Virus record (IMG/VR): IMGVR_UViG_3300013981_000002 | Length of the DNA stretch: 64,000 nt | Direction: 5' to 3' (one strand) | Source: an uncultured virus (IMG/VR IMGVR_UViG_3300013981_000002) | Taxonomy: Duplodnaviria > Heunggongvirae > Uroviricota > Caudoviricetes > Autographiviridae | Translations under genes and position numbers: made by a program | The notes under the pieces: generated by a model | The model's database searches: none | What the model was told of the DNA's origin: nothing | The model's input: only the letters and a program-made list of their open reading frames with translations | Shown: piece by piece, positions 54,761 to 63,293 of the stretch | Layout: every line of letters starts with the position of its first letter | Position numbering within the stretch: the first letter of the stretch is position 1

Positions 54761-55207
54761 TTACTCGTCTCCGGGAATGGAATAGCGCTTGTAGGTTTGG
54801 ATGTTGCTGTAGGCATTCGCGCCTGACTGCATCACGCCGCCCAGCGCCTCGGCATTGCCGATGCGGATACGAGCGCGTGCTTCGGAGCCGCTTTCGACGA
54901 CTCCGTTCCTGCGGTTCTTCTCGATGAGGGCCACGTCACGGCCAGCCTGGGCCATGATGTCGTTCGCCAGCAGCTCGACCGAGTTGCCGGACACTGCCGC
55001 TTCTGCTGCGGAGGCGCGCATCGCGGATCGCAGTGCGCGGGCCTCCTCCATGCGCTGTTGGGTGCGCTCGGCGGCCTGGTCGTTGATCTGCTCCTGCTGA
55101 CGCTCCGCGGCTTCCTCGATGGCCTTGTTGTTCTGATTCTGGCCGTACATGGTCGCCATCGCGCTGACTGCGGCGATACCGACCTGGACTGCTACGGGGT
55201 TGCACAT
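54761..55207 (-). CDS. Internal virion protein (T7 gp14-like)
   Basis: MCNPVAV..., AEAAVSGNSV. Confidence 0.8.
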   Translation of the reverse strand: MCNPVAVQVGIAAVSAMATMYGQNQNNKAIEEAAERQQEQINDQAAERTQQRMEEARALRSAMRASAAEAAVSGNSVELLANDIMAQAGRDVALIEKNRRNGVVESGSEARARIRIGNAEALGGVMQSGANAYSNIQTYKRYSIPGDE

Positions 55208-55665
55208 GGGGTCTTGGTTACTCGGACGAAGGGTGTCTTGGCGAAGCCGTAGGCGGACTCGACGCCGCTCTCGCGGAAGCCAAGCCAGCCGAGCCATCGC
55301 CGCGTGGTGACGGCGTGGACATCGACGAAGTTGAAGATGGTGCCGAAGGTGGCCGACCACTCGTCGCTGATCCGCCGAGCTTCTCGGAGGAACGTGCGGC
55401 AGAACGTGGGAGCCACCAGGGCGTCGGTGCCCAGCAGCCAAACCGAGGCGATACCCTCGGCGTGCTGGCTGAAGCCGAAGATGCACACGGGGGAACCGTC
55501 GTGCATCGCGGCGAAACTGCGGTCGCTCGCGGTCACTGCAAATGCGAGCGCCTGGAGCGGGGTGTGACCATGCGAAGCCGCCACCTCCAGGATGTCCTCC
55601 TGCCGCATGTTCTCGGCGACGTGGAGGATGTCGCTGGCGGTGGGGCTTCGATAGGTCAGGGTCAT
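55192..55665 (-). CDS. T7 gp13-like protein (acetyltransferase-like fold)
   Basis: NMRQEDILEV..S, VWLLGT, NFVD, RWLGWLGF. Confidence 0.8.
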   Translation of the reverse strand: MTLTYRSPTASDILHVAENMRQEDILEVAASHGHTPLQALAFAVTASDRSFAAMHDGSPVCIFGFSQHAEGIASVWLLGTDALVAPTFCRTFLREARRISDEWSATFGTIFNFVDVHAVTTRRWLGWLGFRESGVESAYGFAKTPFVRVTKTPCATP

Positions 55666-57794
55666 ACTCGGCTGCGGGAGACGAACATGCCGCGCCACTG
55701 TGCTGACTGGAACCAGCACTGGAACGGCAGGCGGTTGACGAGGTGCATGCGGACGCTGTTGGCGTCGCCCAGCACGGGGAACCGGCGAGAGCCGGAGTGG
55801 AACGTCGGGGCGCTGGTGCGGAACACCGAGTCGTTGAGGACGCGCGCGGTGTACGCACCGGAGTGCGACGCCACGTAGGTCTCGACGCGGCCATTGCCGT
55901 GCTGCTCGACCTCCAGCTCGAAGTACGCGCCATCCTTGTAGGCGACCTCGATGTCACGCACCTGCGTGCGGCCCACCAGCACGGCCTGGTTCTGCCCACC
56001 GCGAACGATGGGCTTGGTCAGGGTGAGGCGGTGCTCGTAGTCCATGCCGACGACCACGCGGCCCTCGGTGTGGTTACCGGGGAGCGCAAGGCGGGTGCGG
56101 GCGTTGTCCCAGCGCGCCTTGGTGATGTCCAGGTACGCGCCGGGGTCTTGCCAGTCGTCCGTCTTGAGGACGGTGACCGTCATGCCATCGGGCACGATGT
56201 AGGGCAGGTCGATCCAGGTCTCGTTGCCGAACTGCTGATAGGTGGGCTGCACCACCAGCATGCGGTCGAGCAGGAAGTTGTAGTCGCCCGTGGCATCCGT
56301 GTCGTGCTGGTTGAGCACCATGCGGAACTTGAGCAGCTCGCAGCCGCCGCCTGGGGCTTCCGCGACGGCGTACAGCACGTCGTTGATGGCGTGCATGTGG
56401 ACGATGCGACCGACGCCGGAGATTGACCAGCGCGTCCATGCGGACTGCTGCTTCTCGTCGCCGATCCAGCGGACGAAGTAGACGTAGAGCTGCGCGTCGG
56501 TCGGCTCGTCAGGAGCGAAGAACACGCAGTCGGCACCACTTGCGCTCGCCATCGCTCGCATGCGGCCCGGCATCAGCTTGGGCACATGCGCCGTCACGTC
56601 GGCGGCGTCGCCGGTCACCGACAGGTCGTCGATGAAGTATTCGCGCACGCTGGCGTATGCGCCGCTGTCCTCGGTGAAGTACAGCGACTCGCCCATCAGC
56701 TTCGGCCGGATGTACGGCGAGCTGCTGTAGCTGTTGACCGGATCGCTCTTGACGTTCTTGGCGGCCAGGTACGGCTCGGCGGTCAGGAGGAACTGGCCGC
56801 CCGCAGCGGCAAGGAACAGGGCCGACTGGAACGGGACTGCGTGGTAGAGCGTGGTGACGCCGTTAGACCCGCTGACGCTCACGTCGATGGGGTCGGCGTC
56901 GAGCACCTGGGTCACCGAAGTGCGCCAGAGGTTGAACGGATCGGAGACCTCGGACATCAGCACGTTCTCCCCGGCCAGGAAGCCTAGGCGGTCCCGGTGC
57001 TTGAACACCTCGCGGATGCGCTGGCCGTCGATGGACGGGAACGGGTTGCTTTGCTCGTCACCCGCGAGCCGCGCGGTCCACTCCGGTCCACCGAAGGAGA
57101 ACCAAAAGCCGTCCGCATGCACCGGATCGGGGATGCGCTTGAGGATGTGGGGCATCGTCTTGGCATCGAAGCGGTGCTTGATGCCTGGCCGGGCGACCTC
57201 CAAGTAGACCGAGGAGGACTGCTTCTGGACGTAGTAGTCGTCGAACTGCGACTCGGACGAGCCGATGATGTTGTAGATCGCGCCGGTCGGCACAACGGCC
57301 GAGCCTTTGTCACCGGGCTTCGGCAGGTCCGACATCGTTTGCGCCGATCCGTACAGCGAACCGGGCGACAGCTCATCGCTCTGCTTCACGTCTACCAGCC
57401 GGTTGACGATGAAGGTGGTGTCGGAGAACGTCGCCAGCGCAAAGCACGACCACGCACGCTGTCCCTGGGTGTCCAAATAATCGAGCGCGTCGCCCGTGGC
57501 GTTGACGGTGTATTCCTTGCCGGTCTCGTGGTCGAACACGCGGATGCTGCGGTGACCCACGGCGACGATGTAGCGCTCGTTCTCATCGCGGACGATGGAG
57601 TGGAAGGCGCAGTCGTGATCGAGGGTGACGCCAAGGCCAGCAACGAACTCGGCGGGCGGGCGCTTGCCAGCGCCCATTGCGGCATGCAGCCAGGCGTTGA
57701 TCGCCTTAGTGAGCTGGTTCGGCGAGCGGACGGTATCGTCCTGCTGCGACTCGCCTCCCAGGAACGAGGGGTAGTCCCCCGTGATTAGCGGCAT
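55662..57794 (-). CDS. Tail tubular protein B (T7 gp12-like)
   Basis: LGGESQQ..R, KRPP, RDRLGFLAGENV, DVTAHVP, QSAWTRW. Confidence 0.93.
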   Translation of the reverse strand: MPLITGDYPSFLGGESQQDDTVRSPNQLTKAINAWLHAAMGAGKRPPAEFVAGLGVTLDHDCAFHSIVRDENERYIVAVGHRSIRVFDHETGKEYTVNATGDALDYLDTQGQRAWSCFALATFSDTTFIVNRLVDVKQSDELSPGSLYGSAQTMSDLPKPGDKGSAVVPTGAIYNIIGSSESQFDDYYVQKQSSSVYLEVARPGIKHRFDAKTMPHILKRIPDPVHADGFWFSFGGPEWTARLAGDEQSNPFPSIDGQRIREVFKHRDRLGFLAGENVLMSEVSDPFNLWRTSVTQVLDADPIDVSVSGSNGVTTLYHAVPFQSALFLAAAGGQFLLTAEPYLAAKNVKSDPVNSYSSSPYIRPKLMGESLYFTEDSGAYASVREYFIDDLSVTGDAADVTAHVPKLMPGRMRAMASASGADCVFFAPDEPTDAQLYVYFVRWIGDEKQQSAWTRWSISGVGRIVHMHAINDVLYAVAEAPGGGCELLKFRMVLNQHDTDATGDYNFLLDRMLVVQPTYQQFGNETWIDLPYIVPDGMTVTVLKTDDWQDPGAYLDITKARWDNARTRLALPGNHTEGRVVVGMDYEHRLTLTKPIVRGGQNQAVLVGRTQVRDIEVAYKDGAYFELEVEQHGNGRVETYVASHSGAYTARVLNDSVFRTSAPTFHSGSRRFPVLGDANSVRMHLVNRLPFQCWFQSAQWRGMFVSRSRV

Positions 57795-58384
57795 CAGCGG
57801 TCCCAAATATCAGACACGTCCGTCGATCCACTGAGGAAGTTGTGGCCGCGGGCGTAGGTGAAGTCGGCGTGCTCCTGGGCGAAGATGAGGTATGCCTCCT
57901 CCTCGTGCTTCTCGGTGAACACGTAGAGCTGGTCGCTGCCCAGCACGCTCGTCTGGAACAGACGCGCAGCGCGCACGGCGATGTAGCGACGGGCCGACTC
58001 GGGAAGCTCCTCGTAGGCGAGGAACCAGGTCACGAAGTCGGCGGTGGGTGCCGACGAGAAGGTGTCGGCGAGGGTGAGCGGGTTGATGAGGCGCGTGCCT
58101 CGGATCACCAGTGGCTCGCTTCCGCGTGCGGGGACGAGCTTGAGGATCGACTGCGGCGGCAGCACCTTGCCTTCCGCGTTGAGCGTGAAGGTGAACGACT
58201 CGCTGGTGTTGAACCACCAGCCAGCGGTTTGGACCTCGCGGCTCACCGCGCGGAGGGTGTCGCGCGCCTGCGAGGCGTACAGGTTGCCGAGCGCTTCGAG
58301 GTCGCTGATCGGCGCTTCGCCGATAGCACCGAGCAGCACGTTGACGGCTTCGAGTTCCGTGGTCGGAGTGAGTTCGAGGTTCAT
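57794..58384 (-). CDS. Tail tubular protein A (T7 gp11-like)
   Basis: TELEAVN.LL.AIGEAP, VQTAGWWFN, LPESARRYI. Confidence 0.93.
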   Translation of the reverse strand: MNLELTPTTELEAVNVLLGAIGEAPISDLEALGNLYASQARDTLRAVSREVQTAGWWFNTSESFTFTLNAEGKVLPPQSILKLVPARGSEPLVIRGTRLINPLTLADTFSSAPTADFVTWFLAYEELPESARRYIAVRAARLFQTSVLGSDQLYVFTEKHEEEAYLIFAQEHADFTYARGHNFLSGSTDVSDIWDR

Positions 58385-58395
58385 GGATTCGGGGC

Positions 58396-58431
58396 AAAAA
58401 AACGGGGGACACCCGTATGGATGTCCCCCGT
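58396..58431 (-). terminator. T-phi-like terminator after capsid gene
   Basis: ACGGGGGACATCC-atac-GGGTGTCCCCCGT + T-tract. Confidence 0.85.
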
Positions 58432-58534
58432 AGATGGAGAGAGATTGGAGTTGGGACGGGAGCCGACTTGACGATCTAGGTCTGCGGTGCCAGCTACACG
58501 ACCGGGTACTCTATGAGTCCCGTCCCGGTGGAAC

Positions 58535-59488
58535 TTACGCGGCCTTCGACAGCTCGATGGCACCGCGCGGAGCCAGGATGCCGTGACCCAGCGCGTACTT
58601 CGCCAGCATCAGGGTGCCCTGCTTCTCGCCCTGGTACACGTCCTCCAGGGACAGGTCCAGCAGCTTGAGGGTGCCGACAGCCGAGCGGTGGAAGATCACG
58701 CCTACGGTGTCCGCGAAGTTGCCGCGGTACTTGGCCGGGATCGAGGCCAGGGCCGACTCATCGACACGCGGCATCGCGTTGATCTTCACCAGCGGGATGC
58801 GAGCGACCGAGGAAATGATCGCCTGGCCGTAGGAGCCGTTCGATTCCGCGTTGATGTCGCGGTCGATCAAGTCCTTGTTCTCGGTCAGCAGATACCACTG
58901 AGCCGGGGCCAGTGCGCCAGTGAACTCCTGCGGGTTGTCCGGCAGCAGCTTCTCGTCGAACAGCATGCGGGCGTTGCGGAACGCATCGGCCAGCACGGTC
59001 GCATCGGAGGCCATCGTGGCGGCCTTGATGATGGCACCACCTGGCTGGCCTTCGACCTTGCCTTCGGTGGTACGCGCGGCCAGGATCGCGCAGCGCAGCT
59101 CGTTCTGCATGCGCTTGAGCGCCAGCTCCGCACCCTGCTGACGGGTGTACTCGGAACGCACATCGTAGTGGTTCATCGCCTCGTCGATGTTGGCGATGAA
59201 GGCGTGCGAGATCAGCATCGGATCGAGGGTGATGATGGTCTCGTTGTGCTCGACCACCAGGCCCTTGATCTCGGTGCCCGGCACATGGTACTCGGAGCCG
59301 ATGGTGCCGACGTTCGGGAACGAGGCGGACTTGCCGCTCTCGATGTTGCGCACCGACACGCGGCCGTCCAGCTTGTAGTTCTCGACGAAGCTGGTGATGG
59401 TTTCAGCAGTGTAGTTCTGCTTGAACAGCGCCCAGGCGTCGCCGTTGGCCTGGGCTTGACCCAGGCGGGAGGGGATTGCGTCCGACAT
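58535..59488 (-). CDS. Major capsid protein (T7 gp10-like)
   Basis: ALFK, GKSASFP, YDVRSEY, GHGIL.P. Confidence 0.95.
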   Translation of the reverse strand: MSDAIPSRLGQAQANGDAWALFKQNYTAETITSFVENYKLDGRVSVRNIESGKSASFPNVGTIGSEYHVPGTEIKGLVVEHNETIITLDPMLISHAFIANIDEAMNHYDVRSEYTRQQGAELALKRMQNELRCAILAARTTEGKVEGQPGGAIIKAATMASDATVLADAFRNARMLFDEKLLPDNPQEFTGALAPAQWYLLTENKDLIDRDINAESNGSYGQAIISSVARIPLVKINAMPRVDESALASIPAKYRGNFADTVGVIFHRSAVGTLKLLDLSLEDVYQGEKQGTLMLAKYALGHGILAPRGAIELSKAA

Positions 59489-59514
59489 TTAGTCCTTGCT
59501 TGAGGTTGAGTGGA

Positions 59515-60300
59515 TTACTTGAACAGCGGCGACACGGCCAGGCGGGCGGAGACTTCCGCGCGGTAAGCCGGATCACGGTGGTAGCGCACATCGCGCATCG
59601 CTTCGACGACCTGCGCCTGCGACTGGAACGGCTTGGGGCCTGCATCGGCGTTCGATGCGGTCTTGCCATTCAGAAGGCGGCCGTTGCCGCCACGGAGGGC
59701 GACGAGGCCCTGGACTGCCAGCGCTGCGCGGCCGGCGTCGCCGGACTGCACCGCTTCGTTGAACGCCCGCTTCTGCTCGGCGCTCAGGTTGGTCTTAGCC
59801 CACTGGACCAGGCCGTCGTAACCGGCCTTGCCACCTGCGGGCGAGTAGACGGCGTTCTCGTAGGTCTGCACGCGAGCGCGCAGGCCATCGACGTACACGT
59901 CCACCAGCTCCTTCGGATAGCCCGCGTCCTGGAGCTTCTTGTAGCTCTCCTCGGACAGCGCGCCGTTCGAGTTGAACTCGGTGGCGAAGTCGTCCAGGTT
60001 CAGGCCAGCCCGCGCCAGGGCGTCACGCGCGTCATCCGCGGTGGCGTCGTCGATGGTCGCGGGGCCGCCCTTGCCACCCTTGTCGTCGGCTGGCGTGCTC
60101 AGTTGTGCGTAGGCGGCTTCCAGCTCCTCCACGGTCTTGTACTTGCCGCCGTACAGGCGCTCGCCATCGGTGCCGCCCTGCGCGCCCGGTGCGGGCTGCT
60201 GGGTGTCTTGGGAGTTCTGCGGCGGCTGCTGACCTGGGGTCGGCTGGCCGTTGATGCCGTCAAGGTTGACGGTCACTTCGGACTTGCCCGGCTGCGACAT
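59515..60300 (-). CDS. Scaffolding protein (T7 gp9-like)
   Basis: GKYKTVEELE.AY, WAKTNL, AMRD.RY..DPAYR. Confidence 0.92.
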   Translation of the reverse strand: MSQPGKSEVTVNLDGINGQPTPGQQPPQNSQDTQQPAPGAQGGTDGERLYGGKYKTVEELEAAYAQLSTPADDKGGKGGPATIDDATADDARDALARAGLNLDDFATEFNSNGALSEESYKKLQDAGYPKELVDVYVDGLRARVQTYENAVYSPAGGKAGYDGLVQWAKTNLSAEQKRAFNEAVQSGDAGRAALAVQGLVALRGGNGRLLNGKTASNADAGPKPFQSQAQVVEAMRDVRYHRDPAYRAEVSARLAVSPLFK

Positions 60301-60443
60301 TACTTGTCCTCGGGCTTGTAGTTGACGATGACCAGGCCGTTCGCCTTGCGGGTGATCTCGGCCTTGCCCTTACGCTCGACGCTCGGAGCCTTCGGGGCTT
60401 CCTTGGTCGGCTTGGCGGGCTTCTCGGTGGTTTCGTTCGACAT
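60300..60443 (-). CDS. Small Lys-rich protein (47 aa)
   Basis: MSNETTEKPAK...GLVIVNYKPEDK, translated by hand; RBS AAGGA. Confidence 0.6.
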   Translation of the reverse strand: MSNETTEKPAKPTKEAPKAPSVERKGKAEITRKANGLVIVNYKPEDK

Positions 60444-60459
60444 TGCGTCCTTCTCGGGG

Positions 60460-62016
60460 TTACGGGGTTTGGGTCATCGCTGAGGCGATATTCGGAGCGG
60501 CACGGACCATCGCCTCCTGCGCCGAGGCGTCCTGCTGCTCGGCAGCAAGCTCGTCGTCGGAGCGGATCAGGCCCTTGGTGGAAATGTCGGAAGCGGCGGC
60601 CAGCCGGGAGATCGCCTCGCCACTGTTGAGGCGGCGTGCCTTCTCCTCTGCGCCGACAAGCGCATCCACTGCCTGACCGAACTCGATCAGCTTGTTCAGG
60701 TCGTGGCCGCGGCCGAGGGCAGCGATGCCAACGGTGATGCGCGGCTTGATGAGTTCCTGCGGCAGCTCGGGCAGGCGACCCTGCTTCTGGAGCTTGTGCA
60801 GGCGGCGGCGGATCAGTGGGAGCAAGAGCTGCTCGCCCGACATCGCCATGAAGCCGCTGAGGGCGTCGTCGAGTTCCTGGGTGAGCACCCGGATTTCGTA
60901 GGCGGTGACACGCTCGCCGGGGCGCTGCACGGCGGACTTCACGCCGAAGATCAGCTCCAGCGAGTTCGCTAGCGCCTCGGCCTCCTGACGCACGAAGTTC
61001 AGGTCGTAGGCTTTCTGGAGCTGGAGCGTGGTCACGTCGCTGGCGTCGCCACGCAGCACCGCGCCGGATTCGGCCTCGGTGAGCTGGCGCTCGCGGATCG
61101 TCGAGGTCGGCTTGAGGAACATGATGATCTTCGCCAGCGCGGCGGCACCCTTGCGGATCGCCTTACGCAGCGCCTCCAGCGACTCGAACGCGCCCACGTA
61201 GTCGTAGACCAGGCCCTCGCCGTAGTCGTCCACGAGGGACGGCGGGGCGCACAGGGGAATCCACGGGCAGGCGTCGATGGGGTAGGTGCCCACGGTCTCG
61301 GGCACTTCGACGCCCTCGACCTCCTGGACCACTTCCCACTCCTTGCCATCTTCCGAGCGACGCACCCAGGTGTAGAGGTTCACGTCGTCGTTCTTGGTCT
61401 TTTCGTCGCGTTCCTGGGCGAGCTTCTGCATCACCGCCGCGCGGATCGAGTCCGGCAGCATGGCCGGGGCGATCTTGTCGAGCGTGATGATCTCCAGCAC
61501 GTTGCCCAGGCCGTCGCGGTCCGTCACATAGGAGGTCAGCGGGTACAGCTTGGGCTTACCCTCGTCGGGGTCGTAGAGCAGGAAGTTGCCGAGGACAATG
61601 GCGTGCTTGGCCGCCTCGCTGAGGACCGGGCGGACGCCGCTGGTCTCCAGGTCGTTGACGATGACCCGCTCCACGTCCACCAGCGCGGCCTCCAGTTCGG
61701 AGGTCTCCACGCCAGCCTGCTCGGCGATGTTCTCGGCGACGGCCTGGTCAGGCGCGAGCTTGAACACCGAGGCGTTCGGCGGGAGCCAGGCCAGCACGAT
61801 CTTCGAGGCCAGGGCGTTGACGCACTTCGGGCCGGTGTCGATGTAAGCGGAACCGGGGGTACGCGATTTCGCGCCCTCGTCCACCCACAGGCGGGGCAGG
61901 GTGACCTTGGCGCAGCGCTTGGCGCGCGTCTCGGCCTCTTTGCGGTTGGACTTGAGATCGCCGTAGCGCTTCGCGGCCGTCTGCTTCTCGGCCGAGGTCT
62001 GCTTGGCGTCAGCCAT
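60460..62016 (-). CDS. Portal / head-tail connector (T7 gp8-like)
   Basis: VNALASK, RDGLGNV, ERVTAYEI, ALGRGHD. Confidence 0.95.
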   Translation of the reverse strand: MADAKQTSAEKQTAAKRYGDLKSNRKEAETRAKRCAKVTLPRLWVDEGAKSRTPGSAYIDTGPKCVNALASKIVLAWLPPNASVFKLAPDQAVAENIAEQAGVETSELEAALVDVERVIVNDLETSGVRPVLSEAAKHAIVLGNFLLYDPDEGKPKLYPLTSYVTDRDGLGNVLEIITLDKIAPAMLPDSIRAAVMQKLAQERDEKTKNDDVNLYTWVRRSEDGKEWEVVQEVEGVEVPETVGTYPIDACPWIPLCAPPSLVDDYGEGLVYDYVGAFESLEALRKAIRKGAAALAKIIMFLKPTSTIRERQLTEAESGAVLRGDASDVTTLQLQKAYDLNFVRQEAEALANSLELIFGVKSAVQRPGERVTAYEIRVLTQELDDALSGFMAMSGEQLLLPLIRRRLHKLQKQGRLPELPQELIKPRITVGIAALGRGHDLNKLIEFGQAVDALVGAEEKARRLNSGEAISRLAAASDISTKGLIRSDDELAAEQQDASAQEAMVRAAPNIASAMTQTP

Positions 62017-62179
62017 TCGGAATGGTCAGTCCTTGGTACTGCGTTGCGTTGTTCAGGTCCAGGCGGACCTTGGACTTACGCCGCTGATCGGCCGCGTGGC
62101 CGGTCGGCTGGGTGTCCTGGCGGGTCAGTAGGATCGGGTCTTTCTCCTGCTGGTCCGGCATGTTGGGCTTGCTGCACAT
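62009..62179 (-). CDS. T7 gp7.3-like virion assembly protein (56 aa)
   Basis: MCSKPNMP...RKSKVRLDL...GLTIP, translated by hand. Confidence 0.7.
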   Translation of the reverse strand: MCSKPNMPDQQEKDPILLTRQDTQPTGHAADQRRKSKVRLDLNNATQYQGLTIPNG

Positions 62180-62181
62180 GA

Positions 62182-62361
62182 TTAGCGGGCGCGGTGCTCC
62201 ATCTGCTCGACCTTCCGCAGCGCCTTGAGCCGGAGGATCAGGCGGCGCTCGCCCTGCCGGAGCAGGAACTCCTCCTTCGGCTGGGCGGGGTCGTAGATCA
62301 CTTCGGGGTGCAGTTCGTCCAGGAGGTCGATCAGGTCGTAGGAGTGCAGAGGGATTTGCAT
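62182..62361 (-). CDS. Small conserved pre-portal protein (59 aa)
   Basis: MQIPLHSYDLIDLLDELHPE...GERRLILRLK; RBS AGGAG. Confidence 0.7.
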   Translation of the reverse strand: MQIPLHSYDLIDLLDELHPEVIYDPAQPKEEFLLRQGERRLILRLKALRKVEQMEHRAR

Positions 62362-62406
62362 AGAACTCCTGGGTTATGAATAGGTGGGGAAACTGACGTT
62401 TCCCCC

Positions 62407-62421
62407 GATGATGACTACTAA
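62407..62421 (-). promoter_or_regulatory. Candidate phage RNAP late promoter
   Basis: TTAGTAGTCATCATC followed by GGGGG and a hairpin, at the start of the structural module. Confidence 0.5.
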
Positions 62422-62425
62422 ACCC

Positions 62426-62962
62426 CTAGAGTCGGGCCAGCGATTCCGCGACCATCCGCAGGCGGTGGATCGGGCCGTTGTTGTCGATCACGGTGTCGAT
62501 CAGGTCGCCGTGGACGCCTGCCTCCGAGGCATGCGCCGAGACCGTAGCCGCGCTGTCGCGGAGCACCTGGACCACCTGGCCGCCCCACTCACGGATGAAC
62601 TGCGCCTCGTTGTCGAAGCGAACGTCCGACACCACGACGCCAGCAGCGCCGTCGCGGCGGGCCTGACGGATCTTCTGCGCGACAACCTTGACCCACAGGT
62701 CGCGGTCGATCATTTCGCGGCCCCACTCGGTGCCTACGGTCTGCATCAGGCGGCGCGGGGTCTGCCCGTTGAGCCAGTCGAGCGGCTCCTCCTTGAGCGG
62801 GCCGTCCTCCATCGCGGACACCGGCAGGCCGGTGATGTCCGCCACGAAGGCGCGGATCGGGGCCGCGAAGGACAGCTTCACGAAGCCGTGGTCGCTGACC
62901 AGGAACTCGGCCAGGGTGTCTTTGCCGCTACGGGCGCGGCCGGTGATTCCGATGATCTTCAT
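62426..62962 (-). CDS. Deoxynucleoside monophosphate kinase
   Basis: IGITGRARSGKDT, TPRRLMQTVGTEWGR, SDVRFDNE, HASE. Confidence 0.92.
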   Translation of the reverse strand: MKIIGITGRARSGKDTLAEFLVSDHGFVKLSFAAPIRAFVADITGLPVSAMEDGPLKEEPLDWLNGQTPRRLMQTVGTEWGREMIDRDLWVKVVAQKIRQARRDGAAGVVVSDVRFDNEAQFIREWGGQVVQVLRDSAATVSAHASEAGVHGDLIDTVIDNNGPIHRLRMVAESLARL

Positions 62963-63086
62963 GGGGACTCCAGAAAAGGAAAGGCCCGCACGAGGCGGGC
63001 CGGGGGGGACTTGGGGGAGAGGCGCTACCAGCCGGGACGGCCGTGCAGCGCCAGGTTGATGGCGAGGGCCAGCAGCTTCGGACGCA

Positions 63087-63293
63087 TCAGGCGAAGCACC
63101 GGGCGATCAGCCAGGCCGCACCAGCAGCGCCGACAGCGGCCGGCCACAGCTTGACGCGGCCAGCCGAGCGGTACAGGGCGCGTTCGAGGGTGTTGAGGCT
63201 GCGCCACCACAGCCAGGCGGCACCGTAGGCGACGAAGGCGAACAGCACGGCCAGCACGGCGACGATGGTGATGAACAGGATCAGGGTTTCCAC
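63087..63293 (-). CDS. Small membrane protein
   Basis: Hydrophobic 68 aa ORF overlapping the exonuclease end. Confidence 0.45.
   Translation of the reverse strand: METLILFITIVAVLAVLFAFVAYGAAWLWWRSLNTLERALYRSAGRVKLWPAAVGAAGAAWLIARCFA

Noticed and set aside
58381..58563. 60-aa ORF overlapping the capsid end as a T7 10B-type extension
   Set aside because: It is in the +1 frame, there is no slippery heptamer, and it runs through the terminator
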